A stretch of 32,000 nt of DNA from Candidatus Altimarinota bacterium (lineage in GTDB: Bacteria > Patescibacteriota > Gracilibacteria > UBA1369), in the NCBI GenBank assembly GCA_041659405.1, contig JBAZYK010000005.1, forward strand, positions 61,796-93,795, given 5' to 3'. Below the pieces are notes generated by a model. That model worked only from the letters and a program-made list of their open reading frames with translations. It was not told the origin of the DNA and did no database searches. This document shows positions 8,744-17,275 of this stretch, in pieces. How positions within the stretch are numbered: position 1 is the stretch's first letter; each line of letters starts with the position of its first letter. The translations under genes and the position numbers were made by a program.

Positions 8744-9355
8744 TTATTGCTGTTTCTTGGAGTCTTTCTTTGGTGTCTTTTTGACCGTTTTGCTCTTTTT
8801 CTCGTCTTTCTGAGCCACTAGAATATTTTGCAGGTCACCAAAGGGTTTATGAGTCTCTGTTAAGACATCTTCTTCCTCTTTGCATTCGCACTTGGTCTTG
8901 TTTCTATTGGCACCACAGTACATGCAAAGGCCCTTACAGCTTTTAGAGCATACTGGAATAAGTGGAAAATGCAAGATAATTTCTTGTCTTACCATCTCTG
9001 AAAGGTCTATGATCAGGGCTTTGGTGTTGATGAGGAAAACATCGCCGGGGTCTTCAATTTCTTTTGGGGCCTCGTGATAAAATTCGCGTTCGGCTTCGGG
9101 GATTACGATTGTCTGAACAAAATGCTCCAAACAAAGCTGGCATGTAAGATTAAGATCAACCTGGGCGTTGCTGATTAGAACGCTGATTTCTTCTTTAAGC
9201 TTGATCATCATTAAATCAGCCTTAAAATTACCGGCAAATTCAAGCCCCTGGTCTTGTGGATAAGAAATTTCCTGATCTATTTTTTCTTTTTCCGATGTCC
9301 CCTGCGGACTATTCCAAATCTTGGCGACACGAAAAGCGAGTTGAGTAAGTTTCAT
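8744..9355 (-). CDS. yceD: YceD/DUF177 family protein (large-subunit rRNA accumulation protein)
   Basis: C-terminal Cys cluster CSKSCKGLCMYCGANRNKTKCEC, typical of DUF177. Conserved position directly upstream of rpmF. Lys-rich tail. Confidence 0.75.
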   Translation of the reverse strand: MKLTQLAFRVAKIWNSPQGTSEKEKIDQEISYPQDQGLEFAGNFKADLMMIKLKEEISVLISNAQVDLNLTCQLCLEHFVQTIVIPEAEREFYHEAPKEIEDPGDVFLINTKALIIDLSEMVRQEIILHFPLIPVCSKSCKGLCMYCGANRNKTKCECKEEEDVLTETHKPFGDLQNILVAQKDEKKSKTVKKTPKKDSKKQQ

Positions 9356-9358
9356 AGT

Positions 9359-10060
9359 TTAGTTTCTGGAACGACTGGAAAGCAGGCGCAAAATATAAAT
9401 GAATAAATTGAAAATGTCCAAATAAAGTTGTAAAGCCGCATCAATGTACCTGTCGGGCGGATAAGTTTTTAAGCGTTGAATATCATACATGGTAAACCCG
9501 GCAAAAACCACTATACCAAAGCCGGAAAAGATCATTTCAAAGTTATTGCTCCAGGGAATAAAAATCCCCACAATTGAAACAATGATCATACCGGTCAGGG
9601 CAATCCATAAAAACCCTCGCAATCCACTAAAATCGCGATGAGTTGTTAAACCAATCGCTGCAATTGCCGTAAAGGCTAAAGTGGTGGATAAAAGCGCTTT
9701 ATAGATGATTCCCGGGCCGCCAAATTCCATGATTACGCTCATAAGCAAAGGTGCGATGGTGACGCCGGTTACAAACGCAAAAAGAGCAAATAACAGGTAG
9801 TTGATGGGATGTTTTGTACTCCAAAGTCTGGAAGTAAAGACCAAAATCAATTCAACGGCCAAACAAATCCAGATTGTTGCCGGATTTTCCACGAAAAATT
9901 GGCTGAAATTGTTGAAACCAACGTAAGCGCCGGCAGCGGAAATCATCAGAGCCATGCCAAAAGCAAAGATCACTTTGGACATAAAACTGCTTCCCGCAGC
10001 AATGCCTGTAAAGTGAGACTGTTCTTCCGGAGACAAATTTTGTTGATAAAGTTCAGACAT
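9359..10060 (-). CDS. Bax inhibitor-1 / YccA family membrane protein
   Basis: Seven hydrophobic segments and the family-typical C-terminal region FTMYDIQRLK...AALQLYLDIFNLFIYILRLL. Confidence 0.85.
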   Translation of the reverse strand: MSELYQQNLSPEEQSHFTGIAAGSSFMSKVIFAFGMALMISAAGAYVGFNNFSQFFVENPATIWICLAVELILVFTSRLWSTKHPINYLLFALFAFVTGVTIAPLLMSVIMEFGGPGIIYKALLSTTLAFTAIAAIGLTTHRDFSGLRGFLWIALTGMIIVSIVGIFIPWSNNFEMIFSGFGIVVFAGFTMYDIQRLKTYPPDRYIDAALQLYLDIFNLFIYILRLLSSRSRN

Positions 10061-10146
10061 AAGCGCTTTATTAGGTGTTAATTTTTGAATCAGGTCAAAG
10101 CCCCGTCGGCCGGAGCAGAGTTTATTTTAGGGCAAAACAATGCTTA

Positions 10147-11505
10147 TTACAAGGAATGCTTTTCATCAATTTCCTGTAGTCCTGAAAAAAGAGACTGCAA
10201 TATTTGTCTTAATTGTTCAAGGCGGGCTTTATAGTATTGTACTGTTCCATATTGCTCTTCCATTAGGGTGATTATTGGTTCCATAAGGGCTGGGTCAGCC
10301 TCGCATAAAGCTTTCGTCTTTAGAAAATAGCCCAGTTCCTCAATAGGAAACATCCTTGCTTCTAAACCTGTTAGTTCGCCAGGTTTTAATCTATCAAACA
10401 AGCTCTGATCAATTATATGCGAATCTAATAAAACTCTTTCAAGACCACGACGAACGCCAGTAATTATTTTCCAAGGCTCATGTTTGACTAATTCTGACAA
10501 CTGTTCAAGGGAGAGCGTTTTTGCCTTACCCTCAATAGCAGCCTGAAGCCTTTTAACCTTTTCATCTCCTTCGGTTAAAATTTTACTTGTTATACTTTTT
10601 GGAACGCCTACGAAATTAGCTAACCTGGTGTACGAAGCCCAGATTTTTCCAGGAGTGAGTTTGCTCGCACTATGTTCTGGCCCTACGGCAACAGACTCAA
10701 CTAAACCCAATGCCCCTATTATTTTTTTATGCTCCAGATAAACTTTATATCTTTTAAGAGCACCACCGTCAAGCTTTGTAAGCCCCATTTGAGCCAATAA
10801 AGGAGCTTTTAACTCAAATGCTTTTTGGGGATTAATGCTTATGGCTTTTTCCAATAGTCCTTTATTACCCAAGGCATCAATTACTTCCATTGGACTAAGT
10901 TTACTTTTGCGTTTTTTTCTACCATCATCGGAGTCGGCACCACTATCTTCGGCTTTAACACTGCCATTGTTGAACTTTATTGATATTTCATCCAGCTCTA
11001 AAAATGCACTGAAAATTTCCGGCTCAGCAGCTAATAAGGCTTGGGTTAGCGCTTCTTCTGAGAATGTACCTTCGCCCAAAATGAAACTTTTAGTTTCTTG
11101 CTCGCTTGTTCCGGTTTTTACAGGATACTTTGCCGCCAATCCACTTAATCTTAGCATTTCCATAACTGTTATCTCGCTTCCCAACTTTGGAGGGGCCATT
11201 GTTTTACTCCCAACGTATCCGGGAGGTGGCGCCATTGTTTTAGCTGCCAAGGCAGCCTTCCCGTATCCTGATTCTGGTGGAGGGGGCACTGTTCTTCCAT
11301 CAACCACAGCAGCCTCGTCCCCTATTTGCCTTAGACCTTCTTCCAGAAGTTGGTCTATATCATCATCATCTGGTTGTTGATTTCGTTCTGTCATAATTTT
11401 TTTAAAAATGGTTGCTATCTTAACAGGCATTGTCGCTTTTGTCAAATTTGAACAACCTAAAAAATATTCCGGGTGTGTGTTGATTTTTTTCGGGGCTTCA
11501 AACAT
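10147..11505 (-). CDS. Hypothetical protein (orphan), with an acidic/Pro-rich N-terminal region
   Basis: 452-aa uninterrupted ORF. Contains a near-repeat KTMAPPPGYVGSKTMAPPKLG. No recognisable catalytic motif. The start is uncertain, with alternative in-frame Met codons at residues 26 and 38. Confidence 0.55.
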   Translation of the reverse strand: MFEAPKKINTHPEYFLGCSNLTKATMPVKIATIFKKIMTERNQQPDDDDIDQLLEEGLRQIGDEAAVVDGRTVPPPPESGYGKAALAAKTMAPPPGYVGSKTMAPPKLGSEITVMEMLRLSGLAAKYPVKTGTSEQETKSFILGEGTFSEEALTQALLAAEPEIFSAFLELDEISIKFNNGSVKAEDSGADSDDGRKKRKSKLSPMEVIDALGNKGLLEKAISINPQKAFELKAPLLAQMGLTKLDGGALKRYKVYLEHKKIIGALGLVESVAVGPEHSASKLTPGKIWASYTRLANFVGVPKSITSKILTEGDEKVKRLQAAIEGKAKTLSLEQLSELVKHEPWKIITGVRRGLERVLLDSHIIDQSLFDRLKPGELTGLEARMFPIEELGYFLKTKALCEADPALMEPIITLMEEQYGTVQYYKARLEQLRQILQSLFSGLQEIDEKHSL

Positions 11506-11605
11506 TCGTCAAACTTGTCAAACCAACCTGCTTAAATGGACGCGCTAATTCTTGCATGTGATATCTGTTTGCGTTAGAATGTTATGGATTTTCGTATCGC
11601 AATTT

Positions 11606-12856
11606 ATGGCTTTCTTTAGACGTCTTCCTAAACCACGTGGAAATTATTATTTAGCTTTGGACATCGGAACAGAAGTGGTTAAAGCACTGATCTGTTCGGC
11701 CGAAGGTGATAAAGGCCGCATTCTTGGTGTTGGCAAAAAAAAGCAGCGCCTGGGTGACATGCAAAGTGGTGCAGTTACCGATATTGCGGCTGTAATCAAC
11801 AATTGTCAGGAAGCGATTCATCAGGCCGAAAAAATGGCTAATGCTTCCGCTTCCCGCTTGATTATGGGCATCGCGGGTGAACTTGTTAAAGGCGCGACAA
11901 CAACAATCAGTTACACTCGACGTGAGCCTGACACCAAAATCGACCTGGCGGAACTTAAAAATATTGTCCACAAAGTTCAGTGGAAAGCTTTTGATGAGGT
12001 TCGCTCGGAATTGGCTTTTGAAACCGGTTATAACGAGATTGATGTGAAGCTGGTTAACGCCGCGATTGTCGGTGTGCAAATTGATGGATATAAGGTTTCC
12101 AATCCGCTTGGTTTTCAGGGTAAGGATGTGACGATTTCGATTTTTAATGCTTTCGCGCCTTTGGTTCATTATGGAGCATTGCAAACGATTGCAGCGGAAC
12201 TTGATATGGATTTAATGGCGATTACTGCTGAGCCTTATGCGGTTTCGCGCTGTATGGGATTTGAAGATGGTGGTAATTTTAGCGGTATTTTTGTGGATAT
12301 TGGCGGCGGAACTACCGACATTGCCGTGGTTAGAAATGGCGGAGTGGAGGGCACGCGCATGTTTACATTGGGTGGCCGCACTTTTACAAAGCGCCTGGCT
12401 CAATCATTAAATATTTCTTTTGAGGAGGCCGAAGAAATTAAATTGGCTTATTCCAGCGACCGTCTGGAAAAACAGTCTCATCGCATTGTCCGTGAGGCCA
12501 TGAAGAGCGACTGTGAAGTTTGGCTTTCCGGCGTGGCTTTGACCTTAAGTGAATTTGAAAATGTTGATGTTTTGCCTTCAAAGATTTTCTTGTGTGGTGG
12601 CGGATCGTTGCTTCCGGAAATTAAAGAAGTGCTGGAAAGCCGTGACTGGACGCAAAAACTCCCCTTCCCTAAAAAACCACAGGTTAGTTTTATGCAGCCA
12701 AAAATGATCAGCAATATGAGTGATGAGACCAAATTATTAAAGGATGTTCAGGACATTACACCGATGGCGCTGGCGAATATTGCGCTTGAATATATGCAGG
12801 AGGAGCAGATTCTTTCGAAACTTCTTAAAAAAGTTGTACGATTAATGCAGATATAA
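11606..12856 (+). CDS. ftsA: Cell division protein FtsA (actin-like ATPase)
   Basis: Phosphate-1 motif YLALDIGTEVVKA and phosphate-2 motif IFVDIGGGTTDIAV, then GGRTFTKRLA and EEAEEIK, with an FtsA-like overall layout. The start is set at ATG 11606; the ORF-track start at 11552 is a TTG. Confidence 0.8.
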   Translation: MAFFRRLPKPRGNYYLALDIGTEVVKALICSAEGDKGRILGVGKKKQRLGDMQSGAVTDIAAVINNCQEAIHQAEKMANASASRLIMGIAGELVKGATTTISYTRREPDTKIDLAELKNIVHKVQWKAFDEVRSELAFETGYNEIDVKLVNAAIVGVQIDGYKVSNPLGFQGKDVTISIFNAFAPLVHYGALQTIAAELDMDLMAITAEPYAVSRCMGFEDGGNFSGIFVDIGGGTTDIAVVRNGGVEGTRMFTLGGRTFTKRLAQSLNISFEEAEEIKLAYSSDRLEKQSHRIVREAMKSDCEVWLSGVALTLSEFENVDVLPSKIFLCGGGSLLPEIKEVLESRDWTQKLPFPKKPQVSFMQPKMISNMSDETKLLKDVQDITPMALANIALEYMQEEQILSKLLKKVVRLMQI

Positions 12857-12861
12857 AGGGG

Positions 12862-12945
12862 GTTGGTCCTGCGAGGGAATTTCCTCCTCGGACACAGGGC
12901 CCCTACCCCGGATGTCCGAGGAGGAAATTCCCTCGCAGGACCAAC
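12862..12945 (+). repeat. Conserved-loop hairpin element, copy B (perfect 33-bp stem; 18-nt loop)
   Basis: 12862-12894 (GTTGGTCCTGCGAGGGAATTTCCTCCTCGGACA) is the exact reverse complement of 12913-12945. The loop 12895-12912 is CAGGGCCCCTACCCCGGA. The element starts 6 nt after the ftsA stop codon and ends 24 nt before the next start codon. Confidence 0.9.
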
Positions 12946-12968
12946 GAACATAATTAAAAAGTACATCA

Positions 12969-14852
12969 ATGGCACCTTTCAAGAAAAATTCGGCGAAAAG
13001 TTCTAAGGATTCTAAAAAAGAGGATCCAAAAATCATGGCTACTCGTCGGATTGGGAATACTGCCGATAAAGAAGAATCCGGGGTTGATGCCAGGGCTTTA
13101 AAGAGGCTGAATGCCAAAAAAGTCATTTATATAGAAATAGATGATGAAGTTACGCAGATTTACGACCGCCTGAAGCAGCTCAGAATGAAAAATATATATA
13201 TCGTGGCGCCAAAACGTGCGATTATTTTTCAGAGTATTATTAATTTGCGCATTCTTAAGCGAAAAGCGGAAGATCTTGGAAAAAATATTTATATAATTAC
13301 CAATGATCTTAATGGAGTTCATTTGGCGACTCAAATTGGCTTAACCGTTTATGATAAGCTGGAAGGTCACGAACATCCAAGTCTGGTTTCCGGTAAATTT
13401 CTTGAAGATCAACAGAATATTACGCCTTTAAAAGCCAGTATTAACGCGCTCGATGATGATGCTCCAACCCGACAGACCGAACGTAAACTTTCGATTTCGG
13501 AAATGATCCGAACCGGAAAACGTAAAGGACTTGCCATTATCGCCAAAAATCTTAGTTTAAAAAAACAAAAAAAAGATGCTGCGAAAAAAGGTGATGATAA
13601 AGGAAAATTGGTTCTGGTCGCCCCAAACAGGCAGGCATTGATTGCTTTAATTGTGGTTAGTTTGATTATTTTGTTAACGATTACTTACATTGCTCTGCCG
13701 GGTTCTACGCTTCACCTTACGCCAAAATCCAATGTATTAGAGACTTCCGTGAACATAATTTTGGCTGATGTGGATTTAAATCAGGGGGAACTGGACACGC
13801 ATCCCGTTCATGAAATTCCAAGTTATACAATTACAACCACCATTAAAAAGGCCATGACTTATCAGGCAACCGGTAAAAACTTTCAGGGGCAGAACGCTAC
13901 CGGAGTTATTACCGTAATTAATGCCAGCAACCAGCCTTGGCCGTTAATTGCCAATACGCGCTTCCAAACCAGTGAAAATCTGGTATTTAGGAGTCAAAAG
14001 TATGTAACGGTACCGGCCCAAAATGGCAATACCCCGGGGACAATTGATATTCCGGTTGTGGCTGACCCGCTGGATGCCATGAATCAGGTAATAGGAGAAA
14101 GAGGAAATGTTGGACCAACCAAATTCTTTTTACCGGGTCTTTCTGCGGACAACCAGAAGAAACTTTATGCGGAAAATAAGACGAATATGACCGGTGGAAA
14201 AACCATTGTGAATAAACAAATAGCTAAAGAAGACTTGGCTGCGGCTCAAGCAAAAATGCAGGCTGATTTAAAGGCTTCCGCGCAGGTTGAGCTTCAATCC
14301 GTTATTAACAAACAAAACAATCAACAGAAGACAAATTTGGTGCTTTTAACTGATTCAAAAGCCATCCAGTCGGGTGATGCAAAGGTGACGATTCCACCTA
14401 ATCTGGAAGGGCAAAAACTGGATTCTTTTGATGTTCAGGGTGAAATTACGGTCAGTGGGGTGGCTTATGATCAGACGGAAATGATGAATATGCTTAAATC
14501 AGAATTGAAATTAAAGAAGAATCCGGAAAAACGGTTGGTTCATATTGATGATAATTCCCTAACTTATCGTGTTGTGGATATAGACGCGGTTAATAAGAAG
14601 GTCAAAATAACCGCAACAATTAAAGGAATTGAAGAGTTCGAAATCAGTCCGGAAAAAGAAAATGGCGCCAGATTGATTAAGAAAATCAAGGAACATGTGG
14701 TTGGGAAGGATATTAAAGAGGCGCGCGATTATATTCAAAATCTGCCGGAAATTGATAAAGTTAAGGTTGATAGCTGGCCGGCTTGGGCGCCGACCATGCC
14801 AAGCGTGCCGGATAATATCCGTATTGATGTGGTTTCGGGGCAGGATAGTTAA
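12969..14852 (+). CDS. Hypothetical single-pass membrane protein with a large extracytoplasmic domain. Distantly reminiscent of baseplate-J-like proteins (very tentative).
   Basis: 627 aa. A cytoplasmic N-terminal domain, one TM helix (ALIALIVVSLIILLTITYIAL), then a long beta-rich region (e.g. GVITVINASNQPWPLIANTRFQTSENLVFRS..VTVPA). Co-directional with ftsA. Confidence 0.6.
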   Translation: MAPFKKNSAKSSKDSKKEDPKIMATRRIGNTADKEESGVDARALKRLNAKKVIYIEIDDEVTQIYDRLKQLRMKNIYIVAPKRAIIFQSIINLRILKRKAEDLGKNIYIITNDLNGVHLATQIGLTVYDKLEGHEHPSLVSGKFLEDQQNITPLKASINALDDDAPTRQTERKLSISEMIRTGKRKGLAIIAKNLSLKKQKKDAAKKGDDKGKLVLVAPNRQALIALIVVSLIILLTITYIALPGSTLHLTPKSNVLETSVNIILADVDLNQGELDTHPVHEIPSYTITTTIKKAMTYQATGKNFQGQNATGVITVINASNQPWPLIANTRFQTSENLVFRSQKYVTVPAQNGNTPGTIDIPVVADPLDAMNQVIGERGNVGPTKFFLPGLSADNQKKLYAENKTNMTGGKTIVNKQIAKEDLAAAQAKMQADLKASAQVELQSVINKQNNQQKTNLVLLTDSKAIQSGDAKVTIPPNLEGQKLDSFDVQGEITVSGVAYDQTEMMNMLKSELKLKKNPEKRLVHIDDNSLTYRVVDIDAVNKKVKITATIKGIEEFEISPEKENGARLIKKIKEHVVGKDIKEARDYIQNLPEIDKVKVDSWPAWAPTMPSVPDNIRIDVVSGQDS

Positions 14853-14857
14853 GGGGC

Positions 14858-14937
14858 GTTCAGGGTTGTAGGAATATCCCTTCACACACAGGGCCCCTAC
14901 CCCGGATGTGTTCAGGGATATTCCTACAACCCTGAAC
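14858..14937 (+). repeat. Conserved-loop hairpin element, copy C (31-nt arms, 29 paired; 18-nt loop)
   Basis: Arms 14858-14888 and 14907-14937 are complementary except for a 2x2 internal mismatch. The loop 14889-14906 is CAGGGCCCCTACCCCGGA. The element starts 6 nt after the stop codon at 14852. Confidence 0.9.
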
Positions 14938-15015
14938 ATAAGGATTTCCTTAATTTTTAATATCGGACCTAATTTAGCTATTTTATGGCTTGTTTTGCTT
15001 TTATGACCGCTACGC

Positions 15016-15043
15016 TTGACAAAATCGATCATTTGTGTAAAAT
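15016..15043 (+). promoter_or_regulatory. Candidate sigma-70-type promoter for the PKD-repeat gene
   Basis: Consensus -35 TTGACA (15016-15021), a 16-nt spacer, then -10 TAAAAT (15038-15043), 37 nt upstream of ATG 15080. Confidence 0.45.
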
Positions 15044-15079
15044 AGATCCTCAAGATACAATCTTTCATTAAAAGGATCA

Positions 15080-16177
15080 ATGAAACTAAGGAATCTAACA
15101 ATTATCGGCTTACTTACACTACTGCTGCCGTCTGAAGCGACATTTGCCGCCTATAACAGCATGCTTGCGCCTACCAATTTTACGCCTGCGAATTACATTC
15201 AGCCGAGTTATGATCCTTTTTCTGCCAGCAATACCTATGCGCCAACTTTGCCGGAAGATCAACCGGATACTGCTCCCGTGGCCGCTTTTAATATTTACAA
15301 TGGTGGGTTTTTCCAGAATAACAACGTGGGCACAACGGATACCGCCTTTACCTTTGATGGAAGCTCTTCTTATGATTCTGAAACCGATTCTTCCCGCTTG
15401 GAAGTTCGTTGGGATTTTGAAAATGATGGCGTAATTGACGGTTATTTTTCGGTCATCAAAAGCATTAAACATACATTTAAAAAACCCGGAGTTTATCAGG
15501 TAAAAATGGAGGTTTTGGATCGTGCCGGAAATGTCTCCAAAGCCACCAAAACTGTAACCGTAGTGGCAAATACAGATCCGATTCCGGCATTTTCGTATAC
15601 TCCTATAAGTGATACCAACAACACAATTTTTCAATTTGATACCCACGTTTCCAGAAGTGACCAGTTTGTGGCTTCAACTCTGCAATATCGTTTTGACTGG
15701 AATGGCGACTCCAAATGGGACACAAAATATCAGGCAAAAACTATCTGGAATCATCTTTTTGACTCAGCAGGATCACACAATGTGATTATGGAGGTAAAAG
15801 ACCCGGGTGGTCATACTGCTAAGGTAAATAGGGCTATTTCTACTTTTGAAAATACCCCACCGGTTGCTTCTTTTGGAGTTTTTACCGGCACTTTTAGCAG
15901 CTATGAATTTAATGCGAAAGCTACGACAGACGCAGAAACTGCTCACTATCGTTTATTTTATCGCTGGGACTTTGAATATAGCGGCACAAATGACATTATG
16001 TACAACACTTACGCCGGCAATACGGATCGTGTTTCTTACAATTATAAAACTCCCGGACATAAAATTGTGCGCCTGGAGGTAATGGACGCATATGGCGCAA
16101 AATCCTATGCCTATGCCGAATTTGATGTTCCCTGGACTAAAGTGATGGCCCAAAATTTGATTGCGCCACTTAAGTAA
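15080..16177 (+). CDS. Secreted protein with three PKD-like domains
   Basis: Signal peptide (LTIIGLLTLLLPSEATFA). Three repeats of the PKD pattern F.FDGS.S.D....L..RWDF.NDG......S..H.F..PG.Y.V.LEV.D..G, e.g. FTFDGSSSYD...RWDFENDG...HTFKKPGVYQVKMEVLDRAGN. Confidence 0.8.
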   Translation: MKLRNLTIIGLLTLLLPSEATFAAYNSMLAPTNFTPANYIQPSYDPFSASNTYAPTLPEDQPDTAPVAAFNIYNGGFFQNNNVGTTDTAFTFDGSSSYDSETDSSRLEVRWDFENDGVIDGYFSVIKSIKHTFKKPGVYQVKMEVLDRAGNVSKATKTVTVVANTDPIPAFSYTPISDTNNTIFQFDTHVSRSDQFVASTLQYRFDWNGDSKWDTKYQAKTIWNHLFDSAGSHNVIMEVKDPGGHTAKVNRAISTFENTPPVASFGVFTGTFSSYEFNAKATTDAETAHYRLFYRWDFEYSGTNDIMYNTYAGNTDRVSYNYKTPGHKIVRLEVMDAYGAKSYAYAEFDVPWTKVMAQNLIAPLK

Positions 16178-16224
16178 AAGTGGAAAGTAATTAGGGTTTC
16201 CTGGTCAAAATTCAGATTGAGTGT

Positions 16225-16253
16225 TTGCGCGTTCATGTTTTTTGTGGTATCAT
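16225..16253 (+). promoter_or_regulatory. Candidate promoter with an extended -10 for the 16289 (+) gene
   Basis: TTGCGC (16225-16230), a 17-nt spacer ending in TGG, then TATCAT (16248-16253). This gives a TGnTATCAT extended -10, 35 nt upstream of ATG 16289. Confidence 0.35.
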
Positions 16254-16288
16254 GTTATGAAAACTTAATTTTTCAAACAAAAACAAAC

Positions 16289-17263
16289 ATGAAAAACTTT
16301 AAACCATCAATGTCATTTATTGCTTCTTTAGCTCTTGCAGCTATTGTTGTTGTTCCGGTTTTTGCAGCAGGTCCATTCGCAGCACCTCCAGGAAATTTGG
16401 TTGATGCGGAGTTTAATAGTGTGACGGCTGTTGGAAGTTTGTCCGGGGCCAGTGTAACAGCAGTTGGAGATTTAAAAGGGGCTACGGTTCAAGCCGATAC
16501 TGGATACTTTGCAAATGGGGTCAGTGCAGGTACTGAGGGGCAAACTGTTACCGGGGGGCATTTTCGTGGCACAAGTTATGGTGTAACAGCTGATGCACTT
16601 GGAGCTTCAGGTATAGGCGGAGCTTTTACGGGTAATTTGGAAGGTGTACATGCTAACACTCAAGGCAACGGCATAGCTGGTGTATTTGTTAACTTTCTTA
16701 ATTCTGATCCTAATAGTATAATTACCCGAGTTAGGTTGGCGGGGCCGACCAGCGCTGTTGAGGCTAGCGGTAACGTTAAGGTAACAGGAAATATTTTGGC
16801 TACTGCAGCAAATTGCCCAAGTTGTCTTGCAGGTATTTTCAGGAACGCCTCAATGGCAAATGCCGTCAATCTTGGTACGAATGTATATTCAATCGATGCG
16901 AATGGACCTGTAAATATAACAGGAAATGCTACCGTTAGTGGAACCATTACTGCAACTGGAGCCACCATTAATGGCAATTTAATTGCTACAAAGATAAAAG
17001 CCTCAAGTATTGGAAAACTTATCAATCAAATGGGCCCTGCTGTTATTCTTAATAACGTGGGAACTTTTATTGCACAAGCTTCTTGTCCTGCACCAAGTAT
17101 CCCGATTTCATGTGGGCATTATGGTTCTTTCTCTGTCATTACGCTCGCGTCATATGTTGATTTGATTAATAAAAAATGCACACTTACGTTTAAAAGTACT
17201 ACCCCCGGGCCTAATGAAAATGCTGGGGCATATGCCATTTGCTGGGACACCAATTCTTTTTAG
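16289..17263 (+). CDS. Secreted Gly/Ala/Asn/Thr-rich protein, probably beta-helical (surface or adhesin-like), hypothetical
   Basis: Start set at ATG 16289 (MKNFKPSMSFIASLALAAIVVVPVFAAGP, a signal peptide); the ORF-track start 16217 is a TTG. Degenerate short repeats (VTAVGSLSGASVTAVGDLKGATV; GNVKVTGNI; GPVNITGNATVSGTITATGATINGNLIA). Cys-containing C-terminal domain. Confidence 0.65.
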   Translation: MKNFKPSMSFIASLALAAIVVVPVFAAGPFAAPPGNLVDAEFNSVTAVGSLSGASVTAVGDLKGATVQADTGYFANGVSAGTEGQTVTGGHFRGTSYGVTADALGASGIGGAFTGNLEGVHANTQGNGIAGVFVNFLNSDPNSIITRVRLAGPTSAVEASGNVKVTGNILATAANCPSCLAGIFRNASMANAVNLGTNVYSIDANGPVNITGNATVSGTITATGATINGNLIATKIKASSIGKLINQMGPAVILNNVGTFIAQASCPAPSIPISCGHYGSFSVITLASYVDLINKKCTLTFKSTTPGPNENAGAYAICWDTNSF

Positions 17264-17275
17264 AGTGGCTAGAAA

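Noticed and set aside
10835-11380. 181-aa plus-strand ORF, and similar long antisense ORFs at 11651-12184, 15119-15646, 16660-17025, 23931-24455, 2871-3206, 3203-3526 and 8068-8280
   Set aside because: All lie antisense to or inside genes with clear family motifs. Their composition is low-complexity or Ser/Leu/Phe/Ile-rich, typical of shadow frames in AT-rich DNA.
12862-12945. Interpretation of the three hairpins as integron attC sites
   Set aside because: Copies B and C begin GTT and end AAC, which is superficially attC-like. However, attC sites have conserved ends, bulged imperfect stems and variable centres. No intI integrase or cassette array is present, the flanking genes are housekeeping, and copy A does not share the ends.
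14858-14937. Interpretation of the hairpins as MITEs/REPs or as ordinary intrinsic terminators
   Set aside because: MITEs have conserved terminal inverted repeats and variable interiors, while here the ends vary and the centre is invariant. No target-site duplications or transposase are visible. No U-tract follows any copy, and two copies lie 24-32 nt upstream of the next co-directional start codon. That argues against simple rho-independent termination. A REP-like origin cannot be excluded without the whole genome.
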